From: a virus
Strand: one strand, 5' to 3'
Length of the DNA: 64,000 nt
IMG/VR virus record: IMGVR_UViG_3300045684_000050
Span: 1-64,000 of that record
Position numbers and translations under genes: made by a program. Positions 18,333-25,556 of this stretch are shown here, in pieces. Position 1 is the first letter of the stretch, and each line of letters starts with the position of its first letter. The notes under the pieces are model-generated. The model had not been told where the DNA came from, did not search any database, and saw nothing but the letters and a program-made list of their open reading frames with translations.

Positions 18333-18650
18333 CTAATCTTTGATGTAATATCCTTTCTTCCGTAACTTCCGGATTGCATTTTTTAGGTTCAATGCTGAGA
18401 TATACAAAGCTTCTGGATCTATTTTTATTTTTCTTCTTTTATGGTAATCTCCCTTCATGTTCAACAGAACTTCATCTTCTACCCATTCTTCTTCAGGAGT
18501 TAATGTAACCTGGAAATTCTTCAACTTGAACAACTTGTGTCCTCGATGAGGTCTTATTCTTGCTAGTAGCTTCTCTTGCTTAATCTGAGCATGCACAGCA
18601 CTCTCTTTGTCAATACTTATTTTTTTTAATGGCAGATTTTGATCTTGCAT
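18333..18650 (-). CDS. Hypothetical basic protein (likely start ATG 18650, MQDQNL...)
   Basis: TATCTTTA box (18671-18678) and A/C-rich leader upstream; the ORF-track extension crosses a terminator. Confidence 0.7.
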   Translation of the reverse strand: MQDQNLPLKKISIDKESAVHAQIKQEKLLARIRPHRGHKLFKLKNFQVTLTPEEEWVEDEVLLNMKGDYHKRRKIKIDPEALYISALNLKNAIRKLRKKGYYIKD

Positions 18651-18693
18651 GTTAGTGTTATTTGTTGTTGTAAAGATAATTAATTTTTTAAGT

Positions 18694-18721
18694 AAAAACC
18701 CTGGCCTAGAGAAACCAGGGT
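18694..18721 (-). terminator. Terminator after the SET gene
   Basis: Minus strand ACCCTGG-N10-CCAGGGT followed by TTTT. Confidence 0.7.
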
Positions 18722-18746
18722 ACTCAATCCCAAAAACCAAAATATC

Positions 18747-19145
18747 TTAAAATTTCACATCTTTACAGGTTCCTTCATCTACTCCACATACGTTTTCTGC
18801 ATAATCTAATGTCAATTCCTCTCCTCTCTTTACATTAACTATCGTGACAAGATGATAGCTTATTTGTTCAATATACACAATTTTCCCATAAGTATCAAGT
18901 ATATCTACAATTTGATACTTGGTTTCAAGCTTACAGTTAGGTTTGCAAGAATGATTTATGTAACCACCAAGTGGAGATCTCAATAAATTATTATGTAACC
19001 TATGTACCGGATGTACCTGGAGATGTGACAACCCTAAATCATGACCTTTATAAAGTGCTTTCTTAGTGAATAGACCCTGACCATGGATTTTAGAGTCTCT
19101 GACCTTTAAAAATGGTGGCAAAGGATGCCATGAGTGCTTTATCAT
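18747..19145 (-). CDS. SET-domain protein-lysine methyltransferase
   Basis: Motif I HGQGLFT, motif III YINHSCKPNC, motif IV GEELTLDY, short Cys-containing post-SET tail. Confidence 0.92.
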   Translation of the reverse strand: MIKHSWHPLPPFLKVRDSKIHGQGLFTKKALYKGHDLGLSHLQVHPVHRLHNNLLRSPLGGYINHSCKPNCKLETKYQIVDILDTYGKIVYIEQISYHLVTIVNVKRGEELTLDYAENVCGVDEGTCKDVKF

Positions 19146-19270
19146 ACTATTGTTCTTTTAGAATTTATTCTAAGTTTTTTATTTCTTGCTTTAATTCTAA
19201 TATTCTATCCTCAATGCTTTTTTTATACATTTGCAATCGTCAATGTCATTTATAAAATGACATTTCATAT

Positions 19271-19867
19271 CTACTCTACTAAGACGATGTAATCATCTGT
19301 AATTGCAAAATCTATTGCTTCCACAAATACGTCAGGGTAGTAAATCCCACAATATCTACTTGTCATCACATATACAGCGGAGTCCGGAGATGTTGTTGCT
19401 ACACCATAAATTGGCAAACTTATTCCAGGCAAATAGTGCAGATAATCAGACCCTTTTGATATAATCGTATGTATAGCTCCACCTATGTAAGGAACTTCAT
19501 CTGGACCTACTGATGGACCTATATTCTTCATAAACAATGTATCTGCATTAAAAGTATCACAATCCTCATAGAACTTGAATGCACAGTTATTGATTAATTC
19601 CGATCCGATTCCACCACCTCCTTCAATCCAAAGAGTATTTTTAACTGGTGGTAGTTTGTATACGAACCTGCAGCTCCTTGGTTGTGATGCTCTTTTATCT
19701 TTTATGATAGGTATTGAAGACAATGAGGAGTCACGATCCGGGTGATCATCTGGACATTTATATACAACACTTATTGGTCCAAATCCTGTAGTATCGTTTA
19801 AGTCTTTATCACATGCAAAAAAGACGACTATAGTAAATACGAATAATGATAATATTGATTTTTTCAT
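19271..19867 (-). CDS. Predicted lipoprotein (198 aa)
   Basis: MKK + hydrophobic stretch + lipobox FFAC followed by acidic DKD. Confidence 0.75.
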   Translation of the reverse strand: MKKSILSLFVFTIVVFFACDKDLNDTTGFGPISVVYKCPDDHPDRDSSLSSIPIIKDKRASQPRSCRFVYKLPPVKNTLWIEGGGGIGSELINNCAFKFYEDCDTFNADTLFMKNIGPSVGPDEVPYIGGAIHTIISKGSDYLHYLPGISLPIYGVATTSPDSAVYVMTSRYCGIYYPDVFVEAIDFAITDDYIVLVE

Positions 19868-19920
19868 GTTAGATTAGTTTAATACTTTGTTAATTTATGA
19901 GTAGTTCCATTACATGAGAT

Positions 19921-20394
19921 TTAAGTCCTCTTGTTTTTATTTTTGAAGCAATCTACACAAGATCCTTTTTTCGAAGGACCAGGTATTTTCCTTGCTATTA
20001 TGCTATCCTGAGTTACTATGTAAGTATATATGCTGTCTATTTGGGGCACATATGGCAACGTGTAAGAGATAATGTCACATCCGACTACTTGTGAAGGCCT
20101 ATTAAATTGAAGCCCTGACATGCCATCTAATTCGTTTATCTGGTACTCGATTATCCAGCTATAAAACTTAGATTCAAAAAAAAGAAATACTGGATCTCTA
20201 TCGACTGGGAAAACACATTGGTTATTATACAGTCCAAATGTTACAGAAATAGTGGTATCCTGCCCATGGCATACTTCGTATATCCATTCTGATGTACATC
20301 TCTTCTCATTATTTTTTACCTCAATGAAGTTCACTAACTGAGCTTGAAGGAAAATCAATGTAAAGACGAATATGGTTGTTAATATACTTCTCAT
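19921..20394 (-). CDS. Predicted secreted protein (likely start ATG 20394, MRSILTTIFVFTLIFLQAQ)
   Basis: Sec-type signal peptide; TATCTTTG box at 20400-20407; the frame stays open upstream through hairpin site S1. Confidence 0.7.
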   Translation of the reverse strand: MRSILTTIFVFTLIFLQAQLVNFIEVKNNEKRCTSEWIYEVCHGQDTTISVTFGLYNNQCVFPVDRDPVFLFFESKFYSWIIEYQINELDGMSGLQFNRPSQVVGCDIISYTLPYVPQIDSIYTYIVTQDSIIARKIPGPSKKGSCVDCFKNKNKRT

Positions 20395-20435
20395 AAAACC
20401 AAAGATAATTATTTTATTTATAAATTGAAAACACA

Positions 20436-20494
20436 TCCTAACAGTCGCTGATGATTCCATTTTTTTCAAAACGGAACATAGATTGGTGTTATAT
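20436..20494 (-). repeat. attC-like site S1 (59 bp, short family)
   Basis: ATATAAC-accaatctATGTTCC..GGAAtCATcagcgact-GTTAGGA; the 3' 20 bp are identical to S8. Confidence 0.75.
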
Positions 20495-20498
20495 GCAA

Positions 20499-20702
20499 TT
20501 ATAAAAGAGCCTTGTGGTCACGGATGGAAATTTCACATTGAGCTACCTTGCTACTTAATTTCGCTTGTAGTTGTTTGTATGTTTCATCTTTCAACCCAAC
20601 ATCGGTGTTTAACTCTTCAATTCTGTTCCAAAGCCAAAGCCATTTATCACGCTCTTTTTGCTTTTTATCAATATGAAATTCAATACTTGTTTTATTTGAC
20701 AT
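20499..20702 (-). CDS. Cassette ORF, hypothetical (67 aa)
   Basis: Between S2 and S1. Confidence 0.7.
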   Translation of the reverse strand: MSNKTSIEFHIDKKQKERDKWLWLWNRIEELNTDVGLKDETYKQLQAKLSSKVAQCEISIRDHKALL

Positions 20703-20720
20703 AATCGTTTAAATAACTGC

Positions 20721-20837
20721 CGCCAACAATGTATATAAGCCATTGTGTCGGTTCATTTCTGAAAGTGAATAGTTAATATTTATATTTGTTTTTCAATTTA
20801 ATTCTGTATTCAACGGCTCATATACAAACCGTTAGTC
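20721..20837 (-). repeat. attC-like site S2 (117 bp, long family)
   Basis: GACTAAC-ggtt-TGTATATGAGCC ... GGCTTATATACA-tt-GTTGGCG. Confidence 0.8.
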
Positions 20838-21038
20838 GCCATTAGACAATAGTTTTTCATGGTCTGATATAGATTTGTCTAGATAATACCATCTATTGTT
20901 TATGACCGTATGTATTTTTTTATACACCTCATCGCTCATTGAATTATCTGCATGTAGAATATCAGTGTATTCTTTGTACTTTTTTAGGGTCTCTTTTTCG
21001 TTTTTTATTTTTTGGATATGATGTTTTATTAAGTCCAT
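20832..21038 (-). CDS. Cassette ORF, hypothetical (68 aa from ATG 21038; in-frame TTG at 21077)
   Basis: Stop TAA lies inside the GGCGACTAAC box of S2. Confidence 0.7.
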   Translation of the reverse strand: MDLIKHHIQKIKNEKETLKKYKEYTDILHADNSMSDEVYKKIHTVINNRWYYLDKSISDHEKLLSNGD

Positions 21039-21068
21039 TTGAATAATTTTAGTGGTGAAATAAACGGC

Positions 21069-21136
21069 GACTAACAAAGTTTATCACGCTATGTCTCCCG
21101 ATGGTCGCCACATCGGATACACTTATCACGTTAGTG
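21069..21136 (-). repeat. attC-like site S3 (68 bp)
   Basis: CACTAAC ... TCCGATG-tgcgac-CATCGGGA ... GTTAGTC. Confidence 0.8.
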
Positions 21137-21517
21137 ATAATGCCATTCGAGCTTTTGCCCACAATTTGAGCAATTATTATCACCATGACCTATTTCTACT
21201 TCCTTACAATTTGGACAGATATACATTGGTGCACCATTATCCCATTGTTCATACGGGTGTTTATCTTTAATTTCATCAACAACTAAGGCACTATCACTAA
21301 CACCCAATAAACCCAATAATTTTAACTGTTTAATCTTACCTTCTTCTTCAATAAACCTAACTATTTCATCTCGTAGTCCTTCAAGATGTTCTGTAAGTGA
21401 TAATGAAGCTGGTGGTCCATCCCAAGATTGGAATTTAATCGCATTTTCTCTTGTTTGATATAAGTACCCTTGATTAAATTTCTTCTTAATTTTTTCAGTC
21501 AAAATTTTATTGTCCAT
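21131..21517 (-). CDS. Composite cassette ORF with a C-terminal Zn-ribbon (CPNC...CSNC)
   Basis: Internal GTTAGTGATA box at 21292-21301 marks the fusion point; stop lies inside S3. Confidence 0.75.
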   Translation of the reverse strand: MDNKILTEKIKKKFNQGYLYQTRENAIKFQSWDGPPASLSLTEHLEGLRDEIVRFIEEEGKIKQLKLLGLLGVSDSALVVDEIKDKHPYEQWDNGAPMYICPNCKEVEIGHGDNNCSNCGQKLEWHYH

Positions 21518-21546
21518 TTTTTTAATTTTATTAGGTAATAAAAAGC

Positions 21547-21676
21547 ATATAACAATAAATATAAGTAATAGGGCGAAGGAACGACTTTCACGGTCTGTGT
21601 TAAGCTATTTTATAAGCGAAACATTCATAGGTTTGATTCTCACATAAGCCCACTACTCATATTCTTGTAATTAGGT
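21547..21676 (-). repeat. attC-like site S4 (130 bp, long family)
   Basis: ACCTAAT..AATATGAGTAGTGGGC ... GCCCTATTACTTATATT..GTTATAT. Confidence 0.75.
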
Positions 21677-21680
21677 ACAA

Positions 21681-21860
21681 TTAAACCCAACTCTTCCAAT
21701 GTGTAGGTGTATAATAAACATACATACTTCCATCAGGTATCCACCAAAGTTTACCATCAAACTTTAATTCTTGCTCATTCCTTGTTCCGTTTTCATCTTC
21801 AATTCTAGTCATCATCACCTTATTCTTTAGTGTATGCTCTTCTGTTACTTTTTTCCACAT
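21681..21860 (-). CDS. Cassette ORF (59 aa, DUF551-like), paralogue of 25350..25550
   Basis: Not in the ORF track; ...RNEQELKFDGKLWWIPDGSMYVYYTPTHW. Confidence 0.8.
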   Translation of the reverse strand: MWKKVTEEHTLKNKVMMTRIEDENGTRNEQELKFDGKLWWIPDGSMYVYYTPTHWKSWV

Positions 21861-21870
21861 AATTAACTGT

Positions 21871-21993
21871 GCCTAACAATGTGTATAAGCAATAGCCGTT
21901 AGGCATTTTAAACTATTGCAGTTGGTAATATTTAAGTTTCTACTTCTAATCAAGTTCTGTATTCGGCTACTTGCCATATAATTAACGTTGTGC
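21871..21993 (-). repeat. attC-like site S5 (123 bp, long family) with two extra stacked left boxes at 21995-22001 and 22007-22013
   Basis: GCACAAC..GGCAAGTAGCCG ... CGGCTATTGCTTATACACATT-GTTAGGC; loop shares AATACAGAA and TAAATATTA with S2. Confidence 0.8.
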
Positions 21994-22021
21994 GGTTATA
22001 CTAAGCGTTACCTACAAGTGC

Positions 22022-22795
22022 TTACTTCTGTGTTCCAAATAAAGTTTGTGCTTGTAAATCTTTTTCTTTTCTTTTTTCTTCCACCCTCTTTTTTGAGTTA
22101 TCAAAGTGTTCTGTTTCGTTCTCAATACCAATGCCATTCCTATTAGTTTCAATACAAGAAACCATTGTTGTTCCACTTCCCATTGTCATATCCAATACCG
22201 TTTCGCCTTCATTTGTATAGGTATTAATCATATAAGAACAAAGTTCGGTTGGCTTCTGTGTTGGATGTAATTTACCGCTACTATTGTGGACGCATTTGAA
22301 GTTTAACAATGCTGTATCAGGAGAAATCCAATCGCTTTGTCTATCCAAATATTCTTCTTTTTGCTTTCCGTAGTTGCTTGTTTTCGAGTTGTACTTATTA
22401 CCGCTTTTGACCTCTGTAGTTCTTTTTTTCTTCTGTGGATTGTAAGTCGGTGGCTTTTTATAAAATACCTGCAAAGTTTCGTGTCCACCCATAGGCATTC
22501 GTCTTGCGTTTAGGTTTCCAGTCTTTAAGTTTTTTACCCATACCCACTCGTATTTGTGATATTTTATTTGTGAACTTATTAGAGTGGTTGTAAACGGTTG
22601 AGCAGAAAAAATAACTACTGCTGCATTAGGTTTACATACACGCCATACTTGTTTCCACATTTCTCCCAAGTCAATTATACTATCCCATTTGTTCTGAGTA
22701 GTCCCATAAGGCAAGTCGCAAAGTATCATATCAACACTTCCGCTTTCAATCGTTTTCATTACTTCGAGGCAATCGCCATACTTTAAGTCAATCAT
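22022..22795 (-). CDS. N4/N6 DNA methyltransferase (beta class), cassette cargo
   Basis: YGDCLEVM, DMILCDLPYG, HPTQKP, VLDMTMGSGTT. Confidence 0.92.
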   Translation of the reverse strand: MIDLKYGDCLEVMKTIESGSVDMILCDLPYGTTQNKWDSIIDLGEMWKQVWRVCKPNAAVVIFSAQPFTTTLISSQIKYHKYEWVWVKNLKTGNLNARRMPMGGHETLQVFYKKPPTYNPQKKKRTTEVKSGNKYNSKTSNYGKQKEEYLDRQSDWISPDTALLNFKCVHNSSGKLHPTQKPTELCSYMINTYTNEGETVLDMTMGSGTTMVSCIETNRNGIGIENETEHFDNSKKRVEEKRKEKDLQAQTLFGTQK

Positions 22796-22894
22796 ATATT
22801 TTAATTTTTCAAATTAATTTTGCCAACGCTCAAAAAAAGAAGAAAAAAGGTCTGTGTTTATAATCAAAGTTTGTGCTTTAAAGTCGCACCAGAC

Positions 22895-22955
22895 ATACAA
22901 CACGTAATATAATTAATGGCAAAAAAGCCACTAACCATATTACCATACGTTATCT
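22895..22955 (-). repeat. attC-like site S6 (61 bp); additional orphan GTTGGCA box at 22821-22827
   Basis: AGATAAC-gtatgg-TAATATGG-TTAGTGGC-tttttt-GCCATTAA-TTATATTA-cgt-GTTGTAT. Confidence 0.8.
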
Positions 22956-22960
22956 ACAAA

Positions 22961-23167
22961 CTAATCCTCATTTGCTAATTTATCACGCCATCCAATAATT
23001 TCTTGGCAAGCACCCGTACAAAAACATTGTTGGTTTTTGCACCCTTTTTTTATAGCTACTTTTCCGTTAGTCTGTTCTTTCATTGCATCAAATTTGAAAG
23101 TAATGTTGCTGTTATCGGCTATAAAATCATTGCATTGTTTTTCTTTTGAAATGTTTTTTGTACTCAT
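22961..23167 (-). CDS. Cassette ORF (68 aa) whose start and first ~20 codons lie inside site S7
   Basis: QCNDFIAD is encoded by the right arm of S7. Confidence 0.7.
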   Translation of the reverse strand: MSTKNISKEKQCNDFIADNSNITFKFDAMKEQTNGKVAIKKGCKNQQCFCTGACQEIIGWRDKLANED

Positions 23168-23243
23168 AATTTTATGCTTTTAATTAATATTATTGTTTTA
23201 TTTTAGGTCGGCAACGAGAGTTTACCCGTAGCCGTTGTTGTAA
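23108..23243 (-). repeat. attC-like site S7 (about 136 bp; right box degenerate and inside the CDS)
   Basis: TTACAAC-aa-CGGCTA...GTTGC pairs with GCAAT...TAGCCG. Confidence 0.6.
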
Positions 23244-23252
23244 AACACAGCC

Positions 23253-23807
23253 TCACTTAACTAATCGTTCTTTCAACCATTCAGCCCCAGCTTTAAAAGA
23301 GCCGTAATTATCTCCTGCTGTATTGTTATTATTGCTCCACTTGTGGCCATTCAGATCAAACACCCAGTGGTCGGCTGCATCTGCAATTTGTTCATCGCTC
23401 GGCAACCAGTTTAAAACAATGTGTATATTGCATTGCTGATTTAGTTCTGCACATAGCTTAGTATTCGCAGCATTTTTACGAGTGCTATTAAGAAAGTCTG
23501 CATATTCTTTTGCATAGATTTCTAATCCTTTTGGGAATATTACAACCTCATAACCTCTTGCATCTAATACTGATCGCATATGCTTTCTTCCAACTCTAAA
23601 TGGCTGAAAAAAAACGGGTGCTAACAAATTATTTACGTCAGTTTGGTTATCTTTCTTTTTTAGTTCTCTATTCCAAACCATATTTATAGAGTCAGCATTA
23701 TTTTCTATAAATCTGCTGTCCCACTTTAAAAAGGATAATAACATATTTAGTAAGTCAGCTATAATCGCCAAAGGACTTAGTATTGTTTTAATTATAAGTA
23801 TTAACAT
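23253..23807 (-). CDS. Three-part composite cassette ORF (184 aa)
   Basis: Internal right-arm relics at NNLLAP (GTTAGCACC, 23617-23625) and QCNIHIV (ATATACACATTGTT, 23415-23428). Confidence 0.7.
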   Translation of the reverse strand: MLILIIKTILSPLAIIADLLNMLLSFLKWDSRFIENNADSINMVWNRELKKKDNQTDVNNLLAPVFFQPFRVGRKHMRSVLDARGYEVVIFPKGLEIYAKEYADFLNSTRKNAANTKLCAELNQQCNIHIVLNWLPSDEQIADAADHWVFDLNGHKWSNNNNTAGDNYGSFKAGAEWLKERLVK

Positions 23808-23837
23808 AATTTAAGTTTAAAAAACATCATAAACACA

Positions 23838-23892
23838 TCCTAACAGTCGCTCACGATGCCATCTTTCAGACGGCACATAGCTTGTCTTTATG
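23838..23892 (-). repeat. attC-like site S8 (55 bp, short family; left box degenerate)
   Basis: caagctATGTGCC-gtctgaaagat-GGCATCGT-gagcgact-GTTAGGA. Confidence 0.75.
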
Positions 23893-24328
23893 TGTCATCA
23901 GATAGTAGCCTTTTCTTTAATACTTGGGTACAGAAATCATCTTCTTTTATATCACCATCAGCGAAGCAATGATCCCATAATTCAGTATTCGACATAGATA
24001 AAATATCATTCTCATATTCAGAGACCCCATTTTCAATATTTTGTTTTAATCTAATCCCAACTAAAGCATCATTAATGCCTCTCAACATTTTAGCCTTCTT
24101 TGGATCTTTCCCCTGTACCGCATCAGCAGTATCTATTAATGTACGCTTTTCAGTATGCCTAACACCTTCTACCTTATCTTCATATCTGCGTATAGTAGCT
24201 AATGCTTCAAAGAAGTCTTCAGTATCCCAATTTTCCCAACAGGCGTGAACCATTGCATGATTAAGGTACCATTTTTTTAAATTTTCGCTGATTTTCATAA
24301 GTTGAAATTTATGCACGATTGATAACAC
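23888..24328 (-). CDS. Cassette ORF, hypothetical (about 136-146 aa)
   Basis: Between S9 and S8; stop lies inside the left box of S8. Confidence 0.75.
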   Translation of the reverse strand: MLSIVHKFQLMKISENLKKWYLNHAMVHACWENWDTEDFFEALATIRRYEDKVEGVRHTEKRTLIDTADAVQGKDPKKAKMLRGINDALVGIRLKQNIENGVSEYENDILSMSNTELWDHCFADGDIKEDDFCTQVLKKRLLSDDT

Positions 24329-24384
24329 TATGTATGATGTCAGACTCGTGCCTCATCCGAACACATACATTTTAACCGTTAGCG
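24320..24384 (-). repeat. attC-like site S9 (65 bp)
   Basis: CGCTAAC..ATGTATGTG-TT-CGGA-tgaggcacgag-TCTG-a-CATCATACAT-agt-GTTATCA. Confidence 0.8.
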
Positions 24385-24588
24385 AAAATAATCACCTAAC
24401 AATTTTATTATTTCATTTGATATATCTTGCCTACCTTGAAAGTATTTAACATTTGAACTATTGTGAGGTAATTTACCTATTGTTTCGCCTGATTCTTTTT
24501 TGTCATTTTTGACAAAAGAATTTACTTTTGCTAACAAGGTATAAAGTTCATTGCTTAAATCTTTTTTGAGGGTATTTTCTGTACTCAT
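24379..24588 (-). CDS. Composite cassette ORF (69 aa) with a site-derived leader ELYTLLAK
   Basis: Internal GTTAGCAAAA at 24526-24535; stop lies inside S9. Confidence 0.7.
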   Translation of the reverse strand: MSTENTLKKDLSNELYTLLAKVNSFVKNDKKESGETIGKLPHNSSNVKYFQGRQDISNEIIKLLGDYFR

Positions 24589-24617
24589 AATTTAAGTTTA
24601 AAAAATATTATAAAGTT

Positions 24618-24680
24618 ACCTAACAGTCGCTATATGATCATTCTCCTTGCGTCGAACGACTACATAGCTTAGTGTTATCA
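24618..24680 (-). repeat. attC-like site S10 (63 bp, short family)
   Basis: TGATAAC-actaagctATGT...CATATagcgact-GTTAGGT. Confidence 0.8.
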
Positions 24681-25058
24681 TCAATTGATTCCAAAACCAC
24701 CATCTACTATTTCGATACATTCATTTACACTATCTTTTACTTTGTAGTCATAATTTCCTCCATCATCTTCTTCTAGTATGCTTTTCAGCTTTCTCATCGA
24801 GTTGATATTTTCTAGTTTTGATTTCCCTATCATTTGATGCTCTAGTATTACTTTGTCACCATTTGTTTCATAGTCTTCATCGTACCCTTTTAGGATTCGT
24901 AGTATGTGGTAATCGTTAGTGTCTGGAGTGATGTATATTTTTTCATACTCATCATACATTCCTTCAAAGTTCTTTTTTGCGAACTCTGTTATGTCTGTCG
25001 CTTTTGCAAATTCAAATTTCATTGTTTTAGTTTTTACGTTTAAAAAAGATGATAACAT
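24681..25058 (-). CDS. Cassette ORF, acidic hypothetical (113-125 aa)
   Basis: Between S11 and S10. Confidence 0.75.
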   Translation of the reverse strand: MLSSFLNVKTKTMKFEFAKATDITEFAKKNFEGMYDEYEKIYITPDTNDYHILRILKGYDEDYETNGDKVILEHQMIGKSKLENINSMRKLKSILEEDDGGNYDYKVKDSVNECIEIVDGGFGIN

Positions 25059-25114
25059 GGATTATACTCCATATTCCGCTTTGCTCCATACATGATCATA
25101 CTCAGGCGTTATAC
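25050..25114 (-). repeat. attC-like site S11 (65 bp)
   Basis: GTATAAC ... GTTATCA; inner stem imperfect. Confidence 0.7.
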
Positions 25115-25363
25115 AGAATGTAAAGAAAGCAGATAGTCAGCGGCTTGTATCTCCTTATCAAACCATCCCTCTGGATATTCAACCCATCTTTTATTTTCTG
25201 TTTTCATTTCAACTAATCTAAGCCGCCAATCAAGCAGTTCATTAATTGATGGAAGTTTATTTGTTCTTTGATAATCGGATATTAATACACTCTGTATAAC
25301 ACCCGATATGTCGCTATATTCGTTCCTCATACATCGCATATCTTTACCGTTAGTGACCATTAA
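25109..25363 (-). CDS. Cassette ORF whose start codon and leader (MRCMRNEYSDISGV) lie within site S12; exact start uncertain
   Basis: 3' part of ORF 25109..25447; stop lies inside the left box of S11. Confidence 0.55.
   Translation of the reverse strand, partial: LMVTNGKDMRCMRNEYSDISGVIQSVLISDYQRTNKLPSINELLDWRLRLVEMKTENKRWVEYPEGWFDKEIQAADYLLSLHSV
25294..25355 (-). repeat. attC-like site S12 (62 bp)
   Basis: CACTAAC-ggtaaag-ATATG-CGATGTAT-gaggaacga-ATATAGCG-a-CATAT-cgggt-GTTATAC. Confidence 0.8.
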
Positions 25364-25550
25364 TAGAAGAAAGAACATAATCCCAATAATGGGTAGGAGA
25401 ATAGTAAACATACATGGAGCCATCGGGAAACCACCAAAGTTTACCATCGAATTTTAATTCTTGTTCATTTCTAACTCCGTTTAGGTCATCAACCTTGGTT
25501 TTCAAGATTTTATTTTTCGGAGGATTTTGTTTCGATATTTCAATCCACAT
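25350..25550 (-). CDS. Cassette ORF (66 aa, DUF551-like), paralogue of 21681..21860
   Basis: RNEQELKFDGKLWWFPDGSMYVYYSPTH; stop lies inside S12. Confidence 0.8.
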   Translation of the reverse strand: MWIEISKQNPPKNKILKTKVDDLNGVRNEQELKFDGKLWWFPDGSMYVYYSPTHYWDYVLSSINGH

Positions 25551-25556
25551 GATTTT

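Noticed and set aside
20483-20704. 73-aa plus-strand ORF and other short antisense ORFs (e.g. 11163, 28171, 28846, 62339)
   Set aside because: They overlap better-supported opposite-strand genes.
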